Below are positions 11,901 to 26,900 of a stretch of 64,000 nt of DNA, piece after piece. Below the pieces are notes generated by a model, which saw only the letters and a list, made by a program, of their open reading frames with translations, did no database searches and was not told the DNA's origin. This DNA is from Balanoglossus misakiensis. Lineage: Eukaryota; Animalia; Hemichordata. Every line of letters starts with the position of its first letter. Within the stretch, counting starts at the first letter, position 1. Location: positions 6,091,097-6,155,096 of the forward strand of contig CM082598.2 in NCBI GenBank assembly GCA_040954595.2, in the 5' to 3' direction. A program made the translations under genes and the position numbers.

Positions 11901-14900
11901 TTCGCTCCTTGGTTGGTCATGCGGACGGAAAGACACGGTTTTAGCGAGTTTATCTTTCTCTCTGCTGAACACTCCGTATTCAGACTTGCCCAAGTGAACC
12001 GCGAAAAAAAATGACCAAGTTTCCCTGCATGTTTCTTATACTCGACAGATAAAAAACGCAGCGTAGATATTGAAATGAATTGGATTTATGAAAATGATAA
12101 AAATTACACTGGCAATGTCGTTAAAAGTTCTCGAAAAAAATAGAAAAAAAGTGGTGTCGAACCAACATCAGTTGACACGTTCAGGTAAACGGCTAGCCTT
12201 CCTGAACCCTTCGCCATCACGATGTGTACTCGAAAAAGTCGGAATTTTTCCGCACTATATTGCAGCATAACTCCAATGATCTTATTGCACCGCAGCGATG
12301 CAAATACGAGTTACCTGCACCGCAGCGGTGCGAAGAAGAGTTCCCTACCCCGCAACGATCTGACCATTCTTTATTCACTCCTCGGGGATAAAAACGTTTT
12401 ATTACGGCCTAAATAACGACTTTTTCGCTCCTTGGTTGGTCATGCGGACGGAAAGACACGGTTTTAGCGAGTTCATCTCTCTCTCTGCTGAGCACTCCGT
12501 ATTCAGATTTTCCCAAGTGAACCGCGACAAAAAATGACCAAGTTTCCCTGCATGTTTCTTATACCCGACAGATAAAAAACGCAGCGTAGATATTGAAATG
12601 AATTGGATTTATGAAAATGATAAAAATTACAATGGCAATGTCGTTAAAAGTTCTAAAAAAAAATAGAAAAAAAGCGGTCTCGAACCAACATCAGTTGACA
12701 CGTTCAGGTAAACGGCTAGCCTTCCTGAACCCTTCGCCATCACGATGTGTACTCGAAAAAGTCGGAATCTTCCGCACTATATTGCAGCATAACTCCAATG
12801 ATCTTATTTGCACCGCAGCGGTGCAAATACGAGTTACCTGCACCGCAGCGGTGCGAAGAAGAGTTCCCTACCCCGCAACGATCTGACCGTTCTTTATTCA
12901 CTCCTCGGGGACAAAAACGTTTTATTACGGCCTAAATAACGACTTTTTCGCTCCTTGGTTGATCATGCGGACGGAAAGACACGGTTTTAGCGAGTTTATC
13001 TTTCTCTCTGCTGAGCACTCCGTATTCAGACTTGCCCAAGTGAACCGCGACAAAAACTGACCAAGTTTCCCTGCATGTTTCTTATACCCGACAGATAAAA
13101 ACGCAGCGTAAATGAAATGAATTGGATTCATGAAAATGATAAAAATTACAATGGCAATGTCGTTAAAAGTTCTCTAAAAAAATCGAAAAAAAAGTGGTCT
13201 CGAACCAACATCAGTTGACACGTTCAGGTAAAAGGCTAGCCTTCCTGAACCCTTCGCCATCACGATGTGTACTCGAAAAAGTCGGATTTTTTCCGCACTA
13301 TATTGCAGCATAACTCCAATGATCTTATTTGCACCGCAGCGGTGCAAATACGAGTTACCTGCACCGCAGCGGTGCGAAGAAGAGTTCCCTACCCCGCAAC
13401 GATCTGACCATTCTTTATTCACTCCTTGGGGACAAAAACGTTTTATTACGGCCTAAATAACGACTTTTTCGCTCCTTGGTTGATCATGCGGACGGAAAGA
13501 CACGGTTTTAGCGAGTTTATCTTTCTCTCTGCTGAGCACTCCGTATTCAGACTTGCCCAAGTGAACCGCGAAAAAAAATGACCAAGTTTCCCTGCATGTT
13601 TCTTATACCCGACAGATAAAAACGCAGCGTAGATATTGAAATGACTTGGATTTATGAAAATGATAAAAATTACACTGGCAATGTCGTTAAAAGTTCTCTA
13701 AAAAAATCGAAAAAAAAGTGGTCTCGAACCAACATCAGTTGACACGTTCAGGTAAAAGGCTAGCCTTCCTGAACCCTTCGCCATCACGATGTGTACTCGA
13801 AAAAGTCGGAATTTTTCCGCACTATATTGCAGCATAACTCCAATGATCTTATTTGCACCGCAGCGGTGCAAATACGAGTTACCTGCACCGCAGCGGTGCG
13901 AAGAAGAGTTCCCTACCCCGCAACGATCTGACCGTTCTTTATTCACTCCTCGGGGACAAAAACGTTTTATTACGGCCTAAATAACGACTTTTTCGCTCCT
14001 TGGTTGATCATGCGGACGGAAAGACACGGTTTTAGCGAGTTTATCTTTCTCTCTGCTGAGCACTCCGTATTCAGACTTGCCCAAGTGAACCGCGACAAAA
14101 ACTGACCAAGTTTCCCTGCATGTTTCTTATACCCGACAGATAAAAACGCAGCGTAAATGAAATGAATTGGATTTATGAAAATGATAAAAATTACAATGGC
14201 AATGTCGTTAAAAGTTCTCAAAAAAATCGAAAAAAAAGTGGTCTCGAACCAACATCAGTTGACACGTTCAGGTAAAAGGCTAGCCTTCCTGAACCCTTCG
14301 CCATCACGATGTGTACTCGAAAAAGTCGGATTTTTTCCGCACTATATTGCAGCATAACTCCAATGATCTTATTTGCACCGCAGCGGTGCAAATACGAGTT
14401 ACCTGCACCGCAGCGGTGCGAAGAAGAGTTCCCTACCCCGCAACGATCTGACCATTCTTTATTCACTCCTTGGGGACAAAAACGTTTTATTACGGCCTAA
14501 ATAACGACTTTTTCGCTCCTTGGTTGATCATGCGGACGGAAAGACACGGTTTTAGCGAGTTTATCTTTCTCTCTGCTGAGCACTCCGTATTCAGACTTGC
14601 CCAAGTGAACCGCGAAAAAAAATGACCAAGTTTCCCTGCATGTTTCTTATACCCGACAGATAAAAACGCAGCGTAGATATTGAAATGACTTGGATTTATG
14701 AAAATGATAAAAATTACACTGGCAATGTCGTTAAAAGTTCTCTAAAAAAATCGAAAAAAAAGTGGTCTCGAACCAACATCAGTTGACACGTTCAGGTAAA
14801 AGGCTAGCCTTCCTGAACCCTTCGCCATCACGATGTGTACTCGAAAAAGTCGGAATTTTTCCGCACTATATTGCAGCATAACTCCAATGATCTTATTTGC

Positions 14901-17900
14901 ACCACAGCGGTGCAAATACGAGTTACCTGCACCGCAGCGGTGCGAAGAAGAGTTCCCTACCCCGCAACGATCTGACCATTCTTTATTCACTCCTCGGGGA
15001 CGAAAACGTTTTATTACGGCCTAAATAACGACTTTTCGCTCCTTGGTTAGTCATGCGGACGGAAAGACACGGTTTTAGCGAGTTTATCTTTCTCTCTGCT
15101 GAGCACTCCGTATTCAGACTTGCCCAAGTGAACCGCGACAAAAAATGACCAAGTTTCCCTGCATGTTTCTTATACCCGACAAATAAAAAACGCTGCGTAG
15201 ATATTGAAATGAATTGGATTTATGAAAATGATAAAAATTACACTGGCAATGTCGTTAAAAGTTCTCTAAAAAAATCGAAAAAAAAGTGGTCTCGAACCAA
15301 CATCAGTTGACACGTTCAGGTAAAAGGCTAGCCTTCCTGAACCCTTCGCCATCACGATGTGTACTCGAAAAAGTCGGATTTTTGCCGCACTATATTGCAG
15401 CATAACTCCAATGATCTTATTTGCACCGCAGCGATGCAAATACGAGTTACCTGCACCGCAGCGGTGCGAAGAAGAGTTCCCTACCCCGCAACGATCTGAC
15501 CGTTCTTTATTCACTCCTCGGGGACAAAACCGTTTTATTACGGCCTAAATAACGACTTTTCGTTCCTTGGTTGGTCATGCGGACGGAAAGACACGGTTTT
15601 AGCGAGTTTATCTTTCTCTCTGCTGAGCACTCCGTATTCAGACTTGCCCAAGTGAACCGCGACAAAAAATGACCAAGTTTCCCTACATGTTTCTTATACC
15701 CGACAGATAAAAAACGCAGCGTAGATATTGAAATGAATTGGATTTATGAAAATGATAAAAATTACACTGGCAATGTCATTAAAAGTTCTCGAAAAAAATC
15801 GAAAAAAAGTGGTCTCGAACCAACATCAGTTGACACGTTCAGGTAAAAGGCTAGCCTTCCTGAACCCTTCGCTATCACGATGTGTACTCGAAAAAGTCGG
15901 AATTTTTCCGCACTATATTGCAGCATAACTCCAATGATCTTATTTGCACCGCAGCGGTGCAAATACGAGTTACCTGCACCGCAGCGGTGCGAAGAAGAGT
16001 TCCCTACCCCGCAACGATCTGACCGTTCTTTATTCACTCCTCGGGGACAAAACCGTTTTATTACGGCCTAAATAACGACTTTTCGTTCCTTGGTTGGTCA
16101 TGCGGACGGAAAGACACGGTTTTAGCGAGTTTATCTTTCTCTCTGCTGAGCACTCCGTATTCAGACTTGCCCAAGTGAACCGCGACAAAAACTGACCAAG
16201 TTTCCCTGCATGTTTCTTATACCCGACAGATAAAAACGCAGCGTAGATATTGAAATGAATTGGATTTATGAAAATGATAAAAATTACACTGGCAATGTCG
16301 TTAAAAGTTCTCTAAAAAAATCGAAAAAAAAGTGGTCTCGAACCAACATCAGTTGACACCTTCAGGTAAAAGGCTAGCCTTCCTGAACCCTTCGCCATCA
16401 CGATGTGTACTCGAAAAAGTCAGAATTTTTCCGCACTATATTGCAGCATAACTCCAATGATCTTATTTGCACCGCAGCGGTGCAAATACGAGTTACCTGC
16501 ACCGCAGCGGTGCGAAGAAGAGTTCCCTACCCCACAACGATCTGACCGTTCTTTATTCACTCCTTGGGGACAAAAACGTTTTATTACGGCCTAAATAACG
16601 ACTTTTCGTTCATTGGTTGGTCATGCGGACGGAAAGACACGGTTTTAGCGAGTTTATCTTTCTCTCTGCTGAGCACTCCGTATTCAGACTTGCCCAAGTG
16701 AACCGCGACAAAAAATGACCAAGTTTCCCTGCATGTTTCTTAATTCCCGACATATAAAAAACGCAGCGTAGATATTGAAATGAATTGGATTTATGAAAAT
16801 GGTAAAAAATTACAATGGCAATGTCGTTAAAAGTTCTCAAAAAAAATAGAAAAAAAGCGGTCTCGAACCAACATCAGTTGACACGTTCAGGTAAACGGCT
16901 AGCCTTCCTGAACCCTTCGCCATCACGATGTGTACTCGAAAAAGTCGGAATCTTCCGCACTATATTGCAGCATAACTCCAATGATCTTATTTGCACCGCA
17001 GCGATGCAAATACGAGTTACCTGCACCGCAGCGGTGCGAAGAAGAGTTCCCTACCCCGCAACGATCTGACCATTCTTTATTCACTCCTCGGGGACAAAAA
17101 CGTTTTATTACGGCCTAAATAACGACATTTTCGCTCCTTGGTTAGTCATGTGGACGGAAAGACACGGTTTTAGCGAGTTTATCTTTCTCTCTGCTGAGCA
17201 CTCCGTATTCAGACTTGCCCAAGTGAACCGCGACAAAAAATGACCAAGTTTCCCTACATGTTTCTTATACCCGACAGATAAAAAACGCAGCGTAGATATT
17301 GAAATGAATTGGATTTATGAAAATGATAAAAATTACACTGGCAATGTCATTAAAAGTTCTCGAAAAAAATCGAAAAAAAGTGGTCTCGAACCAACATCAG
17401 TTGACACGTTCAGGTAAAAGGCTAGCCTTCCTGAACCCTTCGCCATCACGATGTGTACTCGAAAAAGTCAGAATTTTTCCGCACTATATTGCAGCATAAC
17501 TCCAATGATCTTATTTGCACCGCAGCGGTGCAAATACGAGTTACCTGCACCGCAGCGGTGCGAAGAAGAGTTCCCTACCCCGCAACGATCTGACCATTCT
17601 TTATTCACTCCTTGGGGACAAAAACGTTTTATTACGGCCTAAATAACGACTTTTTCGCTCCTTGGTTGATCATGCGGACGGAAAGACACGGTTTTAGCGA
17701 GTTTATCTTTCTCTCTGCTGAGCACTCCGTATTCAGACTTGCCCAAGTGAACCGCGACAAAAACTGACCAAGTTTCCCTGCATGTTTCTTATACCCGACA
17801 GATAAAAACGCAGCGTAGATATTGAAATGAATTGGATTTATGAAAATGATAAAAATTACACTGGCAATGTCGTTAAAAGTTCTCTAAAAAAATCGAAAAA

Positions 17901-20900
17901 AAAGTGGTCTCGAACCAACATCAGTTGACACCTTCAGGTAAAAGGCTAGCCTTCCTGAACCCTTCGCCATCACGATGTGTACTCGAAAAAGTTGGAATTT
18001 TTCCGCACTATATTGCAGCATAACTCCAATGATCTTATTTGCACCGCAGCGGTGCAAATACGAGTTACCTGCACCGCAGCGGTGCGAAGAAGAGTTCCCT
18101 ACCCCACAACGATCTGACCGTTCTTTATTCACTCCTTGGGGACAAAAACGTTTTATTACGGCCTAAATAACGACTTTTCGTTCATTGGTTGGTCATGCGG
18201 ACGGAAAGACACGGTTTTAGCGAGTTTATCTTTCTCTCTGCTGAGCACTCCGTATTCAGACTTGCCCAAGTGAACCGCGACAAAAAATGACCAAGTTTCC
18301 CTGCATGTTTCTTAATTCCCGACATATAAAAAACGCAGCGTAGATATTGAAATGAATTGGATTTATGAAAATGGTAAAAAATTACAATGGCAATGTCGTT
18401 AAAAGTTCTCAAAAAAAATAGAAAAAAAGCGGTCTCGAACCAACATCAGTTGACACGTTCAGGTAAACGGCTAGCCTTCCTGAACCCTTCGCCATCACGA
18501 TGTGTACTCGAAAAAGTCGGAATCTTCCGCACTATATTGCAGCATAACTCCAATGATCTTATTTGCACCGCAGCGATGCAAATACGAGTTACCTGCACCG
18601 CAGCGGTGCGAAGAAGAGTTCCCTACCCCGCAACGATCTGACCATTCTTTATTCACTCCTTGGGGACAAAAACGTTTTATTACGGCCTAAATAACGACAT
18701 TTTCGCTCCTTGGTTGGTCATGTGGATGGAAAGACACGGTTTTAGCGAGTTTATCTTTCTCTCTGCTGAGCACTCCGTATTCAGACTTGCCCAAGTGAAC
18801 CGCGACAAAAAATGACCAAGTTTCCCTACATGTTTCTTATACCCGACAGATAAAAAACGCAGCGTAGATATTGAAATGAATTGGATTTATGAAAATGATA
18901 AAAATTACACTGGCAATGTCATTAAAAGTTCTCGAAAAAAATCGAAAAAAAGTGGTCTCGAACCAACATCAGTTGACACGTTCAGGTAAAAGGCTAGCCT
19001 TCCTGAACCCTTCGCCATCACGATGTGTACTCGAAAAAGTCGGAATTTTTCCGCACTATATTGCAGCATAACTCCAATGATCTTATTTGCACCGCAGCGG
19101 TGCAAATACGAGTTACCTGCACCGCAGCGGTGCGAAGAAGAGTTCCCTACCCCGCAACGATCTGACCGTTCTTTATTCACTCCTTGGGGACAAAAACGTT
19201 TTATTACGGCCTAAATAACGACTTTTTCGCTCCTTGGTTGATCATGCGGACGGAAAGACACGGTTTTAGCGAGTTTATCTTTCTCTCTGCTGAGCACTCC
19301 GTATTCAGACTTGCCCAAGTGAACCGCGAAAAAAAATGACCAAGTTTCCCTGCATGTTTCTTATACCCGACAGATAAAAACGCAGCGTAGATATTGAAAT
19401 GACTTGGATTTATGAAAATGATAAAAATTACACTGGCAATGTCGTTAAAAGTTCTCTAAAAAATCGAAAAAAAAGTGGTCTCGAACCAACATCAGTTGAC
19501 ACGTTCAGGTAAAAGGCTAGCCTTCCTGAACCCTTCGCCATCACGATGTGTACTCGAAAAAGTCGGAATTTTTCCGCACTATATTGCAGCATAACTCCAA
19601 TGATCTTATTTGCACCGCAGCGGTGCAAATACGAGTTACCTGCACCGCAGCGGTGCGAAGAAGAGTTCCCTACCCCGCAACGATCTGACCGTTCTTTATT
19701 CACTCCTTGGGGACAAAAACGTTTTATTACGGCCTAAATAACGACTTTTTCGCTCCTTGGTTGGTCATGCGGACGGAAATACACGGTTTTAGCGAGTTTA
19801 TCTTTCTCTCTGCTGAGCACTCCGTATTCAGATTTGCCCAAGTGAACCGCGACAAAAAATGACCAAGTTTCCCTGCATGTTTCTTATACCCGACAGATAA
19901 AAAACGCAGCGTAGATATTGAAATGAATTGGATTTATGAAAATGATAAAAATTACAATGGCAATGTCGTTAAAAGTTCTCAAAAAAATAGAAAAAAAAGT
20001 TGTATCGAACCAACATCAGTTGACACGTTCAGGTAAACGGCTAGCCTTCCTGAACCCTTCGCCATCACGATGTGTACTCGAAAAAGTCGGATTTTTTCCG
20101 CACTATATTGCAGCATAACTCCAATGATCTTATTTGCACCGCAGCGGTGCAAATACGAGTTACCTGCACCGCAGCGGTGCGAAGAAGAGTTCCCTACCCC
20201 GCAACGATCTGACCATTCTTTATTCACTCCTCGGGGACAAAAACGTTTTATTACGGCCTAAATAACGACATTTTCGCTCCTTGGTTGGTCATGTGGACGG
20301 AAAGACACGGTTTTAGCGAGTTTATCTTTCTCTCTGCTGAGCACTCCGTATTCAGACTTGCCCAAGTGAACCGCGACAAAAAATGACCAAGTTTCCCTAC
20401 ATGTTTCTTATACCCGACAGATAAATAACGCAGCGTAGATATTGAAATGAATTGGATTTATGAAAATGATAAAAATTACACTGGCAATGTCATTAAAAGT
20501 TCTCGAAAAAAATCGAAAAAAAGTGGTCTCGAACCAACATCAGTTGACACGTTCAGGTAAAAGGCTAGCCTTCCTGAACCCTTCGCCATCACGATGTGTA
20601 CTCGAAAAAGTCAGACTTTTTCCGCACTATATTGCAGCATAACTCCAATGATCTTATTTGCACCGCAGCGATGCAAATACGAGTTACCTGCACCGCAGCG
20701 GTGCGAAGAAGAGTTCCCTACCCCGCAACGATCTGACCATTCTTTATTCACTCCTCGGGGACAAAAACGTTTTATTACGGCCTAAATAACGACTTTTTCG
20801 CTCCTTGGTTGATCATGCGGACGGAAAGACACGGTTTTAGCGAGTTTATCTTTCTCTCTGCTGAGCACTCCGTATTCAGACTTGCCCAAGTGAACCGCGA

Positions 20901-23900
20901 AAAAAAATGACCAAGTTTCCCTGCATGTTTCTTATACCCGACAGATAAAAACGCAGCGTAGATATTGAAATGACTTGGATTTATGAAAATGATAAAAATT
21001 ACACTGGCAATGTCGTTAAAAGTTCTCTAAAAAAATCGAAAAAAAAGTGGTCTCGAACCAACATCAGTTGACACGTTCAGGTAAAAGTCTAGCCTTCCTG
21101 AACCCTTCGCCATCACGATGTGTACTCGAAAAAGTCGGAATTTTTCCGCACTATATTGCAGCATAACTCCAATGATCTTATTTGCACCGCAGCGGTGCAA
21201 ATACGAGTTACCTGCACCGCAGCGGTGCGAAGAAGAGTTCCCTACCCCGCAACGATCTGACCGTTCTTTATTCACTCCTTGGGGACAAAAACGTTTTATT
21301 ACGGCCTAAATAACGACTTTTTCGCTCCTTGGTTGGTCATGCGGACGGAAATACACGGTTTTAGCGAGTTTATCTTCCTCTCTGCTGAGCACTCCGTATT
21401 CAGATTTGCCCAAGTGAACCGCGACAAAAAATGACCAAGTTTCCCTGCATGTTTCTTATACCCGACAGATAAAAAACGCAGCGTAGATATTGAAATGAAT
21501 TGGATTTATGAAAATGATAAAAATTACAATGGCAATGTCGTTAAAAGTTCTCAAAAAAATAGAAAAAAAAGTTGTATCGAACCAACATCAGTTGACACGT
21601 TCAGGTAAACGGCTAGCCTTCCTGAACCCTTCGCCATCACGATGTGTACTCGAAAAAGTCAGACTTTTTCCGCACTATATTGCAGCATAACTCCAATGAT
21701 CTTATTTGCACCGCAGCGATGCAAATACGAGTTACCTGCACCGCAGCGGTGCGAAGAAGAGTTCCCTACCCCGCAACGATCTGACCATTCTTTATTCACT
21801 CCTCGGGGACAAAAACGTTTTATTACGGCCTAAATAACGACATTTTCGCTCCTTGGTTGGTCATGTGGACGGAAAGACACGGTTTTAGCGAGTTTATCTT
21901 TCTCTCTGCTGAGCACTCCGTATTCAGACTTGCCCAAGTGAACCGCGACAAAAAATGACCAAGTTTCCCTACATGTTTCTTATACCCGACAGATAAATAA
22001 CGCAGCGTAGATATTGAAATGAATTGGATTTATGAAAATGATAAAAATTACACTGGCAATGTCATTAAAAGTTCTCGAAAAAAATCGAAAAAAAGTGGTC
22101 TCGAACCAACATCAGTTGACACGTTCAGGTAAAAGGCTAGCCTTCCTGAACCCTTCGCCATCACGATGTGTACTCGAAAAAGTTGGAATTTTTCCGCACT
22201 ATATTGCAGCATAACTCCAATGATCTTATTTGCACCGCAGCGGTGCAAATACGAGTTACCTGCACCGCAGCGGTGCGAAGAAGAGTTCCCTACCCCGCAA
22301 CGATCTGACCGTTCTTTATTCACTCCTCAGGGACAAAACCGTTTTATTACGGCCTAAATAACGACTTTTCGTTCCTTGGTTGGTCATGCGGACGGAAAGA
22401 CACGGTTTTAGCGAGTTTATCTTTCTCTCTGCTGAGCACTCCGTATTCAGACTTGCCCAAGTGAACCGCGACAAAAAATGACCAAGTTTCCCTACATGTT
22501 TCTTATACCCGACAGATAAAAAACGCAGCGTAGATATTGAAATGAATTGGATTTATGAAAATGATAAAAATTACACTGGCAATGTCATTAAAAGTTCTCG
22601 AAAAAAATCGAAAAAAAGTGGTCTCGAACCAACATCAGTTGACACGTTCAGGTAAAAGGCTAGCCTTCCTGAACCCTTCGCCATCACGATGTGTACTCGA
22701 AAAAGTTGGAATTTTTCCGCACTATATTGCAGCATAACTCCAAATGATCTTATTTGCACCGCAGCGGTGCAAATACGAGTTACCTGCACCGCAGCGGTGC
22801 GAAGAAGAGTTCCCTACCCCGCAACGATCTGACCGTTCTTTATTCACTCCTCGGGGACAAAACCGTTTTATTACGGCCTAAATAACGACTTTTCGTTCCT
22901 TGGTTGGTCATGCGGACGGAAAGACACGGTTTTAGCGAGTTTATCTTTCTCTCTGCTGAGCACTCCGTATTCAGACTTGCCCAAGTGAACCGCGACAAAA
23001 ACTGACCAAGTTTCCCTGCATGTTTCTTATACCCGACAGATAAAAACGCAGCGTAGATATTAAAATGAATTGGATTTATGAAAATGATAAAAATTACACT
23101 GGCAATGTCGTTAAAAGTTCTCTAAAAAAATCGAAAAAAAAGTGGTCTCGAACCAACATCAGTTGACACCTTCAGGTAAAAGGCTAGCCTTCCTGAACCC
23201 TTCGCCATCACGATGTGTACTCGAAAAAGTTGGAATTTTTCCGCACTATATTGCAGCATAACTCCAATGATCTTATTTGCACCGCAGCGGTGCAAATACG
23301 AGTTACCTGCACCGCAGCGGTGCGAAGAAGAGTTCCCTACCCCGCAACGATCTGACCGTTCTTTATTCACTCCTTGGGGACAAAAACGTTTTATTACGGC
23401 CTAAATAACGACTTTTCGTTCATTGGTTGGTCATGCGGACGGAAAGACACGGTTTTAGCGAGTTTATCTTTCTCTCTGCTGAGCACTCCGTATTCAGACT
23501 TGCCCAAGTGAACCGCGACAAAAAATGACCAAGTTTCCCTGCATGTTTCTTAATTCCCGACATATAAAAAACGCTGCGTAGATATTGAAATGAATTGGAT
23601 TTATGAAAATGGTAAAAAATTACAATGGCAATGTCGTTAAAAGTTCTCAAAAAAATAGAAAAAAAGCGGTCTCGAACCAACATCAGTTGACACGTTCAGG
23701 TAAACGGCTAGCCTTCCTGAACCCTTCGCCATCACGATGTGTACTCGAAAAAGTCGGAATCTTCCGCACTATATTGCAGCATAACTCCAATGATCTTATT
23801 TGCACCGCAGCGATGCAAATACGAGTTACCTGCACCGCAGCGGTGCGAAGAAGAGTTCCCTACCCCGCAACGATCTGACCATTCTTTATTCACTCCTCGG

Positions 23901-26900
23901 GGACAAAAACGTTTTATTACGGCCTAAATAACGACATTTTCGCTCCTTGGTTGGTCATGTGGACGGAAAGACACGGTTTTAGCGAGTTTATCTTTCTCTC
24001 TGCTGAGCACTCCGTATTCAGACTTGCCAAAGTGAACCGCGACAAAAAATGACCAAGTTTCCCTACATGTTTCTTATACCCGACAGATAAAAAACGCAGC
24101 GTAGATATTGAAATGAATTGGATTTATGAAAATGATAAAAATTACACTGGCAATGTCATTAAAAGTTCTCGAAAAAAATCGAAAAAAAGTGGTCTCGAAC
24201 CAACATCAGTTGACACGTTCAGGTAAAAGGCAAGCCTTCCTGAACCCTTCGCCATCACGATGTGTACTCGAAAAAGTCGGAATTTTTCCGCACTATATTG
24301 CAGCATAACTCCAATGATCTTAATTGCACCGCAGCGGTGCAAATACGAGTTACCTGCACGGCAGCGGTGCGAAGAAGAGTTCCCTACCCCGCAACGATCT
24401 GACCGTTCTTTATTCACTCCTCGGGGACAAAACCGTTTTATTACGGCCTAAATAACGACTTTTCGTTCATTGGTTGGTCATGCGGACGGAAAGACACGGT
24501 TTTAGCGAGTTTATCTTTCTCTCTGCTGAGCACTCCGTATTCAGACTTGCCCAAGTGAACCGCGACAAAAAATGACCAAGTTTCCCTGCATGTTTCTTAA
24601 TTCCCGACATATAAAAAACGCAGCGTAGATATTGAAATGAATTGGATTTATGAAAATGGTAAAACATTACAATGGCAATGTCGTTTAAAGTTCTCAAAAA
24701 AAATAGAAAAAAAGTGGTCTCGAAGCAACATCAGTTGACACGTTCAGGTAAAAGGCTAGCCTTCCTGAACCCTTCGCCATCACGATGTGTACTCGAAAAA
24801 GTCAGACTTTTTCCGCACTATATTGCAGCATAACTCCAATGATCTTATTTGCACCGCAGCTATGCAAAGACGAGTTACCTGCACCGCAGCGGTGCGAAGA
24901 AGAGTTCCCTACCCCGCAACGATCTGACCATTCTTTATTCACTCCTCGGGGACAAAAACGTTTTATTACGGCCCAAATAACGACATTTTCGCTCCTTGGT
25001 TGGTCATGTGGACGGAAAGACACGGTTTTAGCGAGTTTATCTTTCTCTCTGCTGAGCACTCCGTATTCAGACTTGCCCAAGTGAACCGCGACAAAAAATG
25101 ACCAAGTTTCCCTACATGTTTCTTATACCCGACAGATAAAAAACGCAGCGTAGATATTGAAATGAATTGGATTTATGAAAATGATAAAAATTACACTGGC
25201 AATGTCTTTAAAAGTTCTCGAAAAAAATCGAAAAAAAGTGGTCTCGAACCAACATCAGTTGACACGTTCAGGTAAAAGGCTAGCCTTCCTGAACCCTTCG
25301 CCATCACGATGTGTACTCGAAAAAGTCGGAATTTTTCCGCACTATATTGCAGCATAACTCCAATGATCTTATTTGCACCGCAGCGGTGCAAATACGAGTT
25401 ACCTGCACCGCAGCGGTGCGAAGAAGAGTTCCCTACCCCGCAACGATCTGACCGTTCTTTATTCACTCCTCGGGGACAAAACCGTTTTATTACGGCCTAA
25501 ATAACGACTTTTCGTTCCTTGGTTGGTCATGCGGACGGAAAGACACGGTTTTAGCGAGTTTATCTTTCTCTCTGCTGAGCACTCCGTATTCAGACTTGCC
25601 CAAGTGAACCGCGACAAAAAATGACAAAGTTTCCCTGCATGTTTCTTAATTCCCGACATATAAAAAACGCAGCGTAGATATTGAAATGAATTGGATTTAT
25701 GAAAATGATCAAAAATTACAATGGCAATGTCGTCGAAAGTTCTCTAAAAAATCGAAAAAAGTGGTCTCGAACCAACATCAGTTGACACGTTCAGGTAAAA
25801 GGCTAGCCTTCCTGAACCCTTCGCCATCACGATGTGTACTCGAAAAAGTCGGAATTTTTCCGCACTATATTGCAGCATAACTCCAATGATCTTATTTGCA
25901 CCGCAGCGGTGCAAATACGAGTTACCTGCACCGCAGCGGTGCGAAGAAGAGTTCCCTACCCCGCAACGATCTGACCATTCTTTATTCACTCCTCGGGGAC
26001 AAAAACGTTTTATTACGGCCTAAATAACGACTTTTTCGCTCATTGGTTGGTCATGTGGACGGAAAGACACGGTTTTAGCGAGTTTATCTTTCTCTCTGCT
26101 GAGCACTCCGTATTCAGATTTTCCCAAGTGAACCGCGACAAAAAATGACCAAGTTTCCCTGCATGTTTCTTATACCCGACAGATAAAAAACGCAGCGTAG
26201 ATATTGAAATGAATTGGATTTATGAAAATGATCAAAAATTACAATGGCAATGTCGTCGAAAGTTCTCTAAAAAATCGAAAAAAAGTGGTCTCGAACCAAC
26301 ATCAGTTGACACGTTCAGGTAAAAGGCTAGCCTTCCTGAACCCTTCGCCAACACGATGTGTACTCGAAAAAGTCGGAATCTTCCGCACTATATTGCAGCA
26401 TAACTCCAATGATCTTATTTGCACCACAGCGGTGCAAATACGAGTTACCTGCACCGCAGCGGTGCGAAGAAGAGTTCCCTACCCCGCAACGATCTGACCG
26501 TTCTTTATTCACTCCTCGGGGACAAAAACGTTTTATTACGGCCTAAATAACGACTTTTTCGCTCCTTGGTTGGTCATGCGGACGGAAATACACGGTTTTA
26601 GCGAGTTTATCTTTCTCTCTGCTGAGCACTCCGTATTCAGACTTGCCCAAGTGAACCGCGACAAAAAATGACCAAGTTTCCCTGCATGTTTCTTATACCC
26701 GACAGATAAAAAACGCAGCGTAGATATTGATATGAATTGGATTTATGAAAATGATAAAAATTACAATGGCAATGTCGTTAAAAGTTCTCAAAAAAATAGA
26801 AAAAAAGTGGTCTCGAACCAACATCAGTTGACACGTTCAGGTAAACGGCTAGCCTTCCTGAACCCTTCGCCATCACGATGTGTACTCGAAAAAGTCGGAA

